Assembly (NCBI GenBank): GCA_964016885.1
Contig: OZ024742.1
Location: 10,168,001 to 10,232,000 of the forward strand
DNA from: Eledone cirrhosa
Taxonomy: Eukaryota
Length of the DNA stretch: 64,000 bases
Reading direction: 5' to 3'
Shown: piece after piece, positions 11,358 through 23,259 of the stretch
Numbering within the stretch: position 1 is the stretch's first letter
Layout: each line of letters begins with the position of its first letter
Translations under genes and position numbers: made by a program
Notes under the pieces: model-generated
What the model saw: the letters and a program-made list of their open reading frames with translations, nothing else
Told to the model about the DNA's origin: nothing
Databases searched by the model: none

Positions 11358-14103
11358 TTAAATAAAAGTCAAATGATTAAAATTTAGCTTCGTTTATTAC
11401 TGCTATATATATTTCAGTGACAGCCATCTTTGGCTGTGACCTCTTCAGGCAGTTTGAATTAGTATGGTATAAACAAGTACATATGTTGTTTAAGTGTATG
11501 ATATTGTCAATACTCTGATATGCCCAGTTCCTTGTTGGGTTGTTAATTCACTGGGGAACTGGAGTCATATGAATTCAAACAAACGAATTTCAGTGTCACA
11601 GGTCCCCTTCTCCTCTCATTGGTCAGTTATTAGAACATTCCTCATTCTAAGTGTTGTTATTGTTGGAGTTAGCTTAAAAATTGATAAAATGGTAGAAAGG
11701 ACAAGGTGTTAAAGGAACAAAATAACAAAAAAAGTGTCAGACTTCCCATTGTTCAGTTCTGAGAGCATTCCTCAGTCAGAAGTCTATAGAATTCTTTCTG
11801 GGGTGAGGCTCCCTGTAGTGTTTTTGCCTGCTATTGTTCAGTACATTTGACCTCCACCATTATTTTGGTACTGTTGTTGTTGTAGTGGTCAGCTTATATC
11901 TTGCTGCTGCTCACAATTTAGAAGTATCCAGTTTGTGTTTTTTCTTCATCCCTCCCGCCACCATCGTAGTGGTGGTGGTGGTGGGGGGGGGGGTTCTTTC
12001 ATGTATATGAAGAAATATAAGGCAATAAATGAAGAAAACAGAGAATAAATGAATAATATAATAAAATAATTAATATAATTTGTGTAATTTGAAAATAAAT
12101 AAATAAATAGAGAATAAAGAATAAAGAGTAAATGAGAGATTGGTGAAAAAGTAATGATAATGTATATGGAGAAGTGAGAAATAATGTAGGATAGAGTGTG
12201 TGTGTGTGTGCTATAACCAATCTCAAGGTCAGAATATGTTGGATAGATTGGTATGAGACAAGATGTTAAGATGAGATATTCAATGTGTTTGTGTTATAAT
12301 CTATCTCAACTTAAAATAAATATAAGGTGATACAGTGAAGAGGGCAGAAAACAAATAACAAATTAATAAAGAGAAATCAAGATTTAAGATTGGAACTTGA
12401 AAGTCAGAAATCTGGTAAATTAAAAGTGTTTGTGTTATAGATGTTGGCCAAATTATTATGGCTGTGTCGGATTCTATCTCTAGGCTATCATGGTGTCTGC
12501 TCCGCCTGGGTTATTCCCTGTGGCTTGAGGGGAGTTCACAACCTAGGGTGTTGTTATTGCCCATATAGCTTGAGGGAGGTCTGGCCGAGAGGTATTTTCA
12601 TGTTCTGTAGAAGTCCCTATAGCTTGAGGGGAGTTCACATCTTCTTGTGTTGCTACTGTCCATATATCTTGAGAAAGGTCCCGGCTCTAAGGTGTCTGCA
12701 TGTCCCGAAGAAGTCGGTTCTGAGGTTTATCAGGCCGCTTCCACCTCTTAGTATCTCGAGGGTCTCGTTCAGGCATAGTTTGCATATGCAAGATCCCCCT
12801 TTATCGGGTGGTACTTTCCTGATTATGTACCAGGCCAGAGAGTATGGGGTCCTGTCCAGCTTAAGCTTCCAGATCAGGTCGGAGAGAGCTGTGCTTTTCC
12901 TTTTGGCCTCCTTCTTGAATGAATGGCGATGGTTGTACCAGCGGTCCTTAAAGCTCGTTGATGTGGATCCTATGTAGAGGTGTTCGGAGTTGGGGGTTTT
13001 AACCCTGCAACCGTACACTAGGTTCTTCTTGAGACATTCATTATCAAGGGGGCATGATTCGGGGTTTCTGCAGTTGCAGAGGGTGGTCGGCCTCTGTGTG
13101 CCTAGATTAGGGTTCTCATTATGTGTTACATGTGGTCTTCCCCCATGCTCGGTGGGGGGTCCTTGGGTCTGTTTGTGTTTCTTGGGTGGGCTCTGGGTCC
13201 CCCCTTCCCTCCTTTCACATGGTTCTGTTGAGTGTTTGTATTGCCATCTTCTGGTTGTGTGTGGTTTTTAAGCCTACTTCTGTTGATGCTAGCTATGTGT
13301 TGGGCCAAATTTCTCGTGGTGGAATACGAAAGCTTCACAGTGTGTCTGTTGAAGATCCTGTGGTATCTGTGATCCCTCGGGAAGCATTTGTCAAGTGCTC
13401 CAAAGAATAATCGGGCCAAGGTTTTATTTAGGGCCGCTGAGTAGGGTGGGTTGTACCACGTGATTTTTCGGTGTCTCCTCCTATATGTGTGGGTTGGGGC
13501 CTTCGTGATTTGTTGGAGATTTGTTGGGTTGCTGGTGGTTTCCGCACTGTTGCTTCCCTTTTGGGCTCTACACTTTTTGTTATCTTCGCGGCCCGGATTT
13601 GTGGGGTGGTTGTTGTCCTCCCCGGGAGATCCATCATGGGGTGGTCGCCCCCCCCCCCCACGTGTCCTGCGGTTGGGGTTGTCCGTCCTGGGGTAGTTAG
13701 CGTCACGCCTGAGACTGCTACTCATATTGTGCTCCATCTCGTGGTCAAGCGCACTAGTCCCCCCCCCCCGCCCGTGTGGTGGTGTCTGGTACATGGTGCC
13801 TATTTGATTCTGCTCTGCCTGTATTGTTAGGGTTCGCCCGCCCCCCTCTGGCAACGCGGTTGTGGGTGTCTGTTGGGCTATCCACCTCCCGGCTTTTCGG
13901 ACTATATGTTATATTTTGTCCATGTGCCGCCTTCTTTAGAGCTGCGTTGTAATATTCCGCGTGGTTGTTGAATATTTCCTTACTTGCGGACAGGCTGGAG
14001 ATCCTGTCCGAGACACTCTTCACCACTGCCTTGGTTATGGATCTAGGGTGGTGCAGGAAGTTAACTACCTTCCTATTTGGGTCTATTTCTATGCTGAGCC
14101 CCT
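11353..14103 (-). mobile_element. Penelope-like retroelement 2 (Naiad-like), left arm with 3' region
   Basis: Fragmented ORFs 13754-14026, 13126-13854 (ITWYNPPYS, IFNRHTVKLSYSTT) and 12653-13018 (LVYGC...LYIGST..FKDRWYNHRHSF...CKLCLNE...CRH). Whether 11353-12450 belongs to the same insertion is less certain. Confidence 0.85.
11399..11453 (-). ncRNA. Type I hammerhead ribozyme, intact core
   Basis: Minus strand reads ACTGC-CTGAAGA-GGTCACAGCCA-AAGA-TGGCTGTCACT-GAAA-TATATA-TA-GCAGT-AATAAA. Confidence 0.88.
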
Positions 14104-14116
14104 GGTTCTTAAAGAA

Positions 14117-15365
14117 AGGGGCTCATCATAGAAATAGACCCAAATAGGAAGGTAGTTAACTTCCTGTACCACCCTAAACCTGAACACCGAGCAATACTAC
14201 CCCTACCACAAGCCCAACGAGAAACTCGTATATGTTAACGCCAAATAAAACCACCCTAGATCCATAACCAAGGCAGTGGTGAAGAGTGTCTCGGACAGGA
14301 TCTCCAGCCTGTCCGCAAGTAAGGAAATATTCAACAACCACGCGGAATATTACAACGCAGCTCTAAAGAAGGCGGCACATGGACAAAATATAACATATAG
14401 TCCGAAAAGCCGGGAGGTGGATAGCCCAACAGACACCCACAACCGCGTTGCCAGAGGGGGGAGGGCGAACCCTAACAATACAGGCAGAGCAGAATCAAAT
14501 AGGCACCATGTACCAGACACCACCACACGGGCGGGGGGGGGACTAGTGCGCTTGACCACGAGATGGAGCACAATATGAGTAGCAGTCTCAGGCGTGACGC
14601 TAACTACCCCAGGACGGACAACCCCAACCGCAGGACACGTGGGGGGGGGGAACGGGCGACCCCCCATGATGGATCTCCCGGGGAGGACAACAACCACCCC
14701 ACAAATCCGGGCCGCGAAGATAACAAAAAGTGTAGAGCCCAAAAGGGAAGCAACAGTGCGGAAACCACCAGCAACCCAACAAATCTCCAACAAATCACGA
14801 AGGCCCCAACCCACACATATAGGAGGAGACACCGAAAAATCACGTGGTACAACCCACCCTACTCAGCGGCCCTAAATAAAACCTTGGCCCGATTATTCTT
14901 TGGAGCACTTGACAAATGCTTCCCGAGGGATCACAGATACCACAGGATCTTCAACAGACACACTGTGAAGCTTTCGTATTCCACCACGAGAAATTTGGCC
15001 CAACACATAGCTAGCATCAACAGAAGTAGGCTTAAAAACCACACACAACCAGAAGATGGCAATACAAACACTCAACAGAACCATGTGAAAGGAGGGAAGG
15101 GGGGACCCAGAGCCCACCCAAGAAACACAAACAGACCCAAGGACCCCCCACCGAGCATGGGGGAAGACCACATGTAACACATAATGAGAACCCTAATCTA
15201 GGCACACAGAGGCCGACCACCCTCTGCAACTGCAGAAACCCCGAATCATGCCCCCTTGATAATGAATGTCTCAAGAAGAACCTAGTGTACGGTTGTAGGG
15301 TTAAAACCCCAACTCCGAACACCTCTACATAGGATCCACATCAACGAGCTTTAAGGACCGCTGGT
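14117..15365 (+). mobile_element. Inverted copy of Penelope-like element 2 (right arm), ending at the 60-bp satellite
   Basis: Near-identical reverse complement of 12937-14103; ORFs 14276-14578 and 14563-15177 mirror the left-arm ORFs. Confidence 0.92.
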
Positions 15366-17905
15366 GTAACATATGTCTATATATGTCCCTATATTGTTGT
15401 TGTTGTCTATGTTATTGTCTCAGGTGTAACATATGTCTATATATGTCTGTATATTATTGTTGTTGTCTATGCCATTGTCTCAGGTGTAACATATGTCTAT
15501 ATATGTCTGTATATTGTTGTTGTTGTCTATGTTATTGTCTCAGGTGTAACATATGTCTATATATGTCTGTATATTGTTGTTGTTGTCTATGTTATTGCCT
15601 CAGGTGTAACATATGTCTAAATATCTCTGTATATTGTTGTTGTTGTCTATGTTATTGTCTCATGTGTAACATATGTCTATATATATCTGTATATTGTTGT
15701 TGTTGTCTATGTTATTGTCTCAGGTGTAACATATGTCTATATATGTCCTTATATTGTTGTTGTTGGCTATGTTATCGTCTCAGGTGTAACATATGTGTAT
15801 ATATGTCTGTATAATGTTGTTGTTGTCTATGTTATTGTCTCAGGTGTAACATATGTCTATATATGTCCCTATATTGGTGTTGTTGTCTATGTTATTGTCT
15901 CAGGTGTAACATATGTCTATATATGTCTGTATATTTTTGTTGTTGTCTATGTCATTGTCTCAGGTGTAACATATGTCTATATATGTCCCTATATTGGTGT
16001 TGTTGTCTATGTCATTGTCTCAGGTGTAACATATGTCTATATATGTCCCTATATTGGTGTTGTTGTCTATGTCATTGTCTCAGGTGTAACATATGTCTAT
16101 ATATGTCCCTATATTGTTGTTGTTGTCTATGTCATTGTCTCAGGTGTAACATATGTCTATATATGTCTGTATATTGTTGTTGTTGTCTATGTCATTGTCT
16201 CAGGTGTTACATATGTCTATATATGTCCCTATATTGTTGTTGTTGTCTATGTTATTGTCTCAGGTGTAACATATCTCTATATATGTCCCTATATTGTTGT
16301 TGTTGTCTATGTTATTGTCTCAGGTGTAACATATGTCTATATATGTCCCTATATTGTTGTTGTCTATGTTATTGTCTCAGGTGTAACATAACTCTATATA
16401 TGTCTGTATATTATTGTTGTTGTCTATGCCATTGTCTCAAGTGTAACATAAGTCTATATATGTCCCTATATTGTTGTTGTTGTCTATGCCATTGTCTCAG
16501 GTGTAACATATGTCTATATATGTCTGTATATTGTTGTTGTTGTCTATGTTATTGTCGCAGGTGTAACATATGTCTATATATGTCTGTATATTGTTGTTGT
16601 TGTCTATGTCATTGTCTCAGGTGTAACATATGTCTATATATGTCTGTATATTGTTGTGGTTGTCTATGTTATTGTCTCAGGTGTAACATATGTCTATATA
16701 TGTCTGTATATTGTTGTTGTTGTCTATGTTATTGTCTCAGGTGTAACATATGTCTATATATGTCTGTATATTGTTGTTGTTGTCTATGTTATTGTCTCAG
16801 GTGTAACATATGTCTATATATGTCCCTATATTGTTGTTGTTGTCTATGTTATTGTCTCAGGTGTAACATATGTCTATATATGTCCCTATATTGTTGTGGT
16901 TGTCTATGTTATTGTCTCAGGTGTAACATATGTCTATATATGTCTGTATATTGTTGTTGTTGTCTATGTTATTGCCTCAGGTGTAACATATGTCTAAATA
17001 TGTTTGTATTTTGTTGTTGTTGTTTATGTTATTGTCTCATGTGTAACATATGTCTATATATGTCTGTATATTGTTGTTGTTGTCTATGTTATTGTCTCAG
17101 GTGTAACATATGTCTATATATGTCCTTATATTGTTGTTGTTGTCTATGTTATTGTCTCAGGTGTAACATATGTGTATATATGTCTGTATATTGTTTTTGT
17201 TGTCTATGTTATTGTCTCAGGTGTAACATATGTCTATATATGTCCCTATATTGGTGTTGTTGTCTATGTCATTGTCTCAGGTGTAACATATGTCTATATA
17301 TGTCCCTATATTATTGTTGTTGTCTATGTCATTGTCTCAGGTGTAACATATGTCTATATATGTCCCTATATTGGTGTTGTTGTCTATGTCATTGTCTCAG
17401 GTGTAACATATGTCTATATATGTCCCTATATTGTTGTTGTTGTCTATGTCATTGTCTCAGGTGTAACATATGTCTATATATGTCTGTATATTGTTGTTGT
17501 TGTCTATGTCATTGTCTCAGGTGTTACATATGTCTATATATGTCCCTATATTGTTGTTGTTGTCTATGTTATTGTCTCAGGTGTAACATATGTCTATATA
17601 TGTCCCTATATTGTTGTTGTTGTCTATGTTATTGTCTAAGGTGTAACATATCTCTATATATGTCCCTATATTGTTGTTGTTGTCTATGTTATTGTCTCAG
17701 GTGTAACATATGTCTATATATGTCCCTATATTGTTGTTGTTGTCTATGTTATTGTCTCAGGTGTAACATATGTCTATATATGTCTGTATATTGTTGTTGT
17801 TGTCTCTGTTATTGTCTCAGATGTAACATATGTCTATATATATGTCTGTATATTGTTGTTGTTGTCTATGTTATTGTCTCAGGTGTAACATATGTCTATA
17901 TATAT
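15363..17905. repeat. 60-bp minisatellite array, about 42 copies
   Basis: Unit CAGGTGTAACATATGTCTATATATGTC(CC/TG)TATATTGTTGTTGTTGTCTATGTTATTGTCT; aligns column-wise with the 60-base lines; one 3-bp deletion near 16360. Confidence 0.98.
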
Positions 17906-18309
17906 GTCAGTATAGTATTCACTTGTAATTATTGTCTTATCCTAACTCTACCACATTTCTCTATGTATTTCCCTACATTTTGCTTCTGTCTCTTCTGCAT
18001 CGTTTCACAGTATCTCTCATTCACGGCTGTTGACAAAGCGGATAATGTAGCCATTCTGTTCATCGTCTTTAATATTCAACATGGCAGTAATCACAGTTTT
18101 GTGGGGCAGCTGATGAACATATATTGATGTTTTCTTTCCGTTTCGCTTCATTTAATCTCTCGATATTTTCGTTTTCTCATTCTCTTCCCGAGTTCGACAT
18201 CACTTTCAATTTTCTACTTAGAAAACACTATTCACTGGTATTGAGTACTCATTCAGTTAATGTTGAAATGTCGGAAATACTAAGGTTTTTAAACACAATC
18301 TAATACACA

Positions 18310-18413
<104 letters not shown>

Positions 18414-18657
18414 GGAGGTGAATTTTATTGTAGCACAATAAAGCAATGCAAATATCGGATAAGTAGCACTCATCAGTTTATAGGACTTTATTTTCTTTAT
18501 TTTCTGTCTTCCTCTTCCTTACCTTTTCCTTACCTTTTCCTTCCTCCTTCCTTCTTTTTTTTCCCTATCTCACATATCCATCTTATTTTATCTTTCATAT
18601 GCAGATTTAACACATCACTGTTCGCAAGTGTTTTTTAAGCTTCCTATCATGTCTCCC

Positions 18658-18728
18658 TATTTTATCTGATGAGAACGCAAATACCATCCCATGATGATAT
18701 TTGTTTTTGAAATGCGCATAATAAAATA
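18658..18728 (+). ncRNA. Type I hammerhead ribozyme, intact core, in a non-coding unit (about 18410-18762) between two (TA)n runs
   Basis: TATTTTAT-CTGATGA-[GAACGCAAATACC...GATATTTGTTTTT]-GAAA-TGCGCA-TA-ATAAAATA: 8-bp stem I, palindromic stem III. Confidence 0.82.
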
Positions 18729-18758
18729 CATGGAACTCTTTTAACCATCTTTTGATCT

Positions 18759-18845
<87 letters not shown>

Positions 18846-18932
18846 GAAAAATTGAACAGGGACAGAACAGAGAGGCAGTACAATAAATGTTTATTAAATT
18901 CACGCTCAGGAGAGTGGGGGGTAGGTGGGGGG

Positions 18933-18964
18933 ACGACGTTTCGTGCATAAGCGCTTCTTCAGGT
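18933..18964 (-). ncRNA. Minimal type I hammerhead motif in the 3' end of element 3
   Basis: Minus strand reads AC-CTGAAGA-AGCGCTTATGCAC-GAAA-CG-TC-GT. Core intact, stems I and II weak. Confidence 0.6.
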
Positions 18965-20325
18965 GAGAAGTGTGTGGGAACAGAGTTCAAAAGGTGTGTA
19001 GGGGAGTGGTGGAGAGACATATAGCGAAAGGAAACGGTGCGAATGAAAAAAAACAAATAAAGATAATAAATAGAAATAAAGCATGATCAAAATACAAGGA
19101 ATGAGAAAATTTAAAAATAAAGGCATGATCAAAATAAACTGAAATTAAAAGGGGGGTAAACAGGTGGTGGAAGGGTGTGGGGTGAGTAGGGGTGGTGGCG
19201 GGTGGAGTGGGGAGAGGGAGACGGGGTGTCCGAGCGGGAAGGGCTGAAGGTGGTGTGTGTGGTTAGGTGTGCGTGTGTGTGTGTGTGTATGTGAAAGTGA
19301 GGGTTGGGGGAAGAACGGGGTTGCATGTTCAGGAAGGTGTGTGTGGGGGGTGTTTTTTGGGGTCGGAGTGTCTGTGCGTGTGTGGATAGGGGGTGGGGGG
19401 AGAGGAATCAGGAGGCTGAGGGTGTAAATATGTGGTGGGAAGCACGTGTGTGTGGTTTAAGCGTGTTGTGGGTGTGGGTGGCGTGTGGATAAAAAAATTT
19501 GTTTGGGGTGTGTGTGTGGGTGAGTTATATAGGTGATGGCATAAGAGGATGGTTGAAAAGTTGGTAAGTTCCACGGATGTTTGGAGATTTGTTTAGAAGT
19601 CAATTTCGCGTGTGGGTAATCCAAGAAGCGGTGGTCGGAAGAGGAGAGATGTGGGGTGCGCGCGCAACAGGAAGTGGTCAGCAGTGGGAGTGCTGTGGTC
19701 AGTTGGTGCTGAGAGGTGGTCGGAAGCGCATAGCAGCAGTCGGTGGAATGAAAGGGAGGCGAGGATGTGTAGGTGTGAGAGTTGGAGTGAGGAGGGTGTG
19801 TGTGTGTGTGTGTGTATTAGTAGGGGTGTTAGTGGGATGAGTGAGTGTGGAGCGGGGAGAGAAGGGTGTGTGTGGTTCTATGGAGGGAGTGTGGTGTACT
19901 GGTGTGTGTGTAGTTTGGTGAAGAGGTGTTAGTGGGTGTTAGTATACGGGAGGTGGGGAGGGGTGGAATGCAGGTGTGAGTGGGGGTTAGTGGTGGTAGG
20001 GTGTGTAGAGTTGGTGGTGTATGAGGGTGTGTGGGTACGTGTGCGTGGGGTTGGGGGTGTTAGTGATGTTAGTTGCGTGTGGGGTGGGTGGTGTAAGTGG
20101 GTGCGTGTGTGCGTGTGATAAGGAGGGGGGAGGAGGAGAAGAGGGGAGGGAAGGGATGTTAGTATGTTAGTTGGGGAAGGGTGGTCAGATGAGGGGTGGA
20201 GTGGAGGTGTTAGTATTGTTAGTGTGGGGTGGGCGGTGAAAAGGAGGGGTGTGTTAGTGGTGGTAGTGGGGGATAAGTGTGGGGGGAGGGGGCGGTCGAA
20301 CGCTAAAGGAATAAGGGTGGGGAGT

Positions 20326-21568
20326 TCAGGCCGGGGGGAGTGTGGGTCTGTAAGATGAAGATAGTGCGTTGTTCGACCGTAAGGCGATGGGCGGGTGTTC
20401 CGTGGCACTGGAGTAGGCCACAGACTGTGAGATGGCGTGCGGAGTGTCCAGGGCCACCAAAGTGGCGGGCGATGGGGGAACTGCCCCCGAGACGAATATC
20501 CCGGAGGTGCTCCGTGACTCGATCCGCCAGGCGACGTCCCGTCTGTCCGACATAAGTCGCGCTGCACTCCGTGCAACGAAGTCCGTAGACTAGGTTGGAG
20601 GAGGTGCAGCGGAAGGCATGCCGGACCGAGAGAGAGTGGCCGTTGGGACCCTGGAAGGTGGTGGTGTTGGTGATGTGGGGACAGGTGTTGCAGCGGGGCC
20701 TAGAACAGGGGAAGGAACCGGGGGGGGAACCAGAGCGTGGGTTGGGGGGTAGGGAGCTGTGGACGAGGAGGGTGCGGGATTGCGTGCGCGTTTGAAGGAG
20801 GGGAGTGGTGGGGTTGGGAAGATGTGGGAGGTGTAGGGGTCGGACTGGAGGCGTCGGAAGAGGCGGCGGATGGTGCGGTGGAGGGGTTAGGTGGAGGGGT
20901 GGTAGGTGATGGGGAAGGGGAGACGGTGGGTGAGTGTGCGGTGGCGTGGGGTGAGGGTGGTGGAGCGGGGGATAGCACGGGCGCGGGTGAGAGCGGTGTA
21001 GAAGAGAGAGGGGGGTAACCTCTGCGGATGAAATGGCTGACTAGGGAAAGGGCCTGGGACTCGAAGTCAGCATCACGGCTACAGAGGCGGCGGATCCTGA
21101 GAAGTTGGGAGTAAGGAATGGAGAGTTTAGTGTGGGTGGGGTAGGAAGAGGTGAAGTCGAGGTAAGAGTGGGAGTCGGTGGGTTTGAAGAAGGCGGAGGT
21201 GACGAGGGAGTGGTGGGAGGGGTCGAAGGCGACGGAGATGTCTAAGAAGTGGACGTGGGTGGTGGAGATAGAGGTGGTGAAGTGGAGGGAGGGGTGGAAG
21301 GAGCAGAAGAAGGAGAGAAAGGAGTCGAGCTGTACTCGGGTGAGGGTCGTGGCTCCGATACAGTCGTCAATGTAACGACCGTACAGTTCGGGCGTGGGGC
21401 CGGTGTACTGGGCAAAGATTTGGGCCTCAACATGGCCAACAAAAAGGTTGGCATAGTTCGGGCCCATTCTTGTGCCCATGGCTACCGCCGTGACCTGTTG
21501 GTAAAACTCACCCGAGAAGGAGAAACAATTTAGGGTGAGGACCAGCTCGGCGAGGCGAAGGAGGGTGG

Positions 21569-21570
<2 letters not shown>
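20326..21570 (-). pseudogene. Penelope-like RT + GIY-YIG, frameshifted
   Basis: ORF 20700-21479 is in frame only to about RGYP; the endonuclease lies in another frame at about 20330-20620. Confidence 0.85.
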
Positions 21571-21634
<64 letters not shown>

Positions 21635-21771
21635 TAGGAACGCGATGTCAAAATATCATCATTATGTTTATATATATATGTCAACATGAATGGACCTGTT
21701 ATGTTTATCTAAAGACATTTTTTCCAATTCCATCCCACCTGTCCTATCAATCTATTTTATTTCTCATTATT

Positions 21772-21807
21772 TCTTCTAATGAAGGACTAGCGTCTGAAAC
21801 GTTAAGA
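21772..21807 (+). ncRNA. Decayed minimal hammerhead motif (probable solo Penelope terminus)
   Basis: TCTT-CTAATGA-AGGACTAGCGTCT-GAAA-CG-TT-AAGA; core G mutated to A. Confidence 0.45.
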
Positions 21808-22055
21808 CCCTCTTCCTGCTATATCAAGCGTTAACCTAATATATACCTTCCATATACTGTAACGATTGTGTTGCTATTGCTGTTTGCCTTTTACATACAT
21901 ATATATGTGTGTGTGTATGTTTGTGTGTGTGTGGGGGGGGGGGAGATTTGAAGAGAGCTCCTAATGTGCTTTTATTTTAAATACATGGCACGTGTATATT
22001 ACACAACGAAAATAATTGTTTCCACATCAAAAAGAATAGTTTTTGTACTTTATTA

Positions 22056-22091
22056 CTTGACTGGTTTCGCCTAAAACAGATTTTCAAAAAG
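22056..22091 (-). ncRNA. Highly decayed hammerhead remnant
   Basis: Minus strand CTTT-TTGAAAA-TCTGTTTTAGGC-GAAA-CCAG-TC-AAG-TAATAAA; the 3' half fits, the 5' box is corrupted. Confidence 0.3.
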
Positions 22092-22549
22092 ATTTATCGT
22101 GTTTAAAGTATTCTAAATTGTGACTTTATATTATATACAGAAAACAACAGATAGGGTCAATGGATTATCTCCCTTGGTTATGTCCTGTCACCAATGTCGT
22201 TCAGTATGATATTATAATATTAAATTATTGTGTACAGTTCTTAGGTGCACGACATCTTATCAAAGGTGCATGTACAGTACATAGAATAATATACAAATGT
22301 CAGGGAAGTAAATATTCTAACAAATTACACATTTAAAAATAGAAACAGTTATTTACATTATTAGAGCCAGGATCTATGTTTTTCATCCTTCTGAGATTAA
22401 TAAATTAAGTATTGGTATTGATGTAAAACAGGTTGGGTCCCAACACAATAAAACCAATAAATGAAATCAATAACAAAAAATATTCCCAAGAGTATCACAT
22501 ATGCATATTTATAGATTCATAACCAGGTATGTGTGTAAATTGATAGATA

Positions 22550-22998
22550 TGTTTCTTTTTATTTGCCACCAGGGCATCAAAAAGTGGGACAAGTACAATG
22601 GGGGGAGTTTACACAAAAAGGCGAGTAAAGAAAACAAATAACAAATATAAAATTAACAATAAAGTCCTCAATAGGGAGGGGGCGTTTGGGAGGTCGCACA
22701 CACACCCGAAAAAAGTGTGCAACCCCTTCTCCTCAGGAGCACAGAGAGAGGGTGCTCCCTCGTTCCTTCCTCTTTTCCACCTACAGGCTGATGTAAAGAA
22801 AAGGCCCATTCACACGGGCCATTCTCGCCACTTTCACCCACCTTTCATAAAAACGACTGGGGTGCAGCACCTCTCTCTCCATCCTGATCCTTCTTCCGAA
22901 ATGATATCGGAAGAAACGGATCAGTTGTTGGCCAGAGAGAAAGGTGCCTGACCTGAGTCCTTTCAGACGCGTCCACCATACAACCTCTTGGATATTAC
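22550..22998 (-). mobile_element. Tx1-clade LINE copy 1 (3' fragment) with 15-bp TSD
   Basis: ORF2 C-terminus (EVVWWTRLKGLRSG...) plus 3' UTR; GTAAATTGATAGATA duplicated at 22535-22549 and 22999-23013. Confidence 0.9.
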
Positions 22999-23038
22999 GT
23001 AAATTGATAGATAGATAGATATATAGATAAACATAGAC

Positions 23039-23106
<68 letters not shown>

Positions 23107-23110
23107 GGAC

Positions 23111-23146
<36 letters not shown>

Positions 23147-23174
23147 GGACAGATAGATAGATAGATATATAGAT

Positions 23175-23207
<33 letters not shown>

Positions 23208-23259
23208 TAGATAGCTGGACAGACAGACAGATAGATAGCTGGACAGACAGACAGATAGA

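Larger units (their letters stand above)
18843..21570 (-). mobile_element. Penelope-like retroelement 3 (Neptune-like), 5'-truncated, both ends in (TA)n
   Basis: RT motifs AMGTRMGPNYANLFVG...YGRYIDD...HFLDI...KPTDSHSYL...SIPYSQLLRIRRLCS; linker RCNTC; GIY-YIG region CTSSNLVYGLRCTECSATYVGQTGRRLADRVTEHLRDI; long C/A-rich 3' UTR. Confidence 0.9.

Noticed and set aside
15383-18127. 754-aa Cys-rich ORF resembling a metallothionein or keratin-associated protein
   Set aside because: It is the translation of a 60-bp satellite. Unit length is divisible by 3, two frames are open, and there is no signal peptide or unique domain.
17960-18200. Possible exon after a strong plus-strand acceptor at about 18010, or a short minus-strand open frame
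   Set aside because: No clear donor, frames close quickly, and no recognisable protein.
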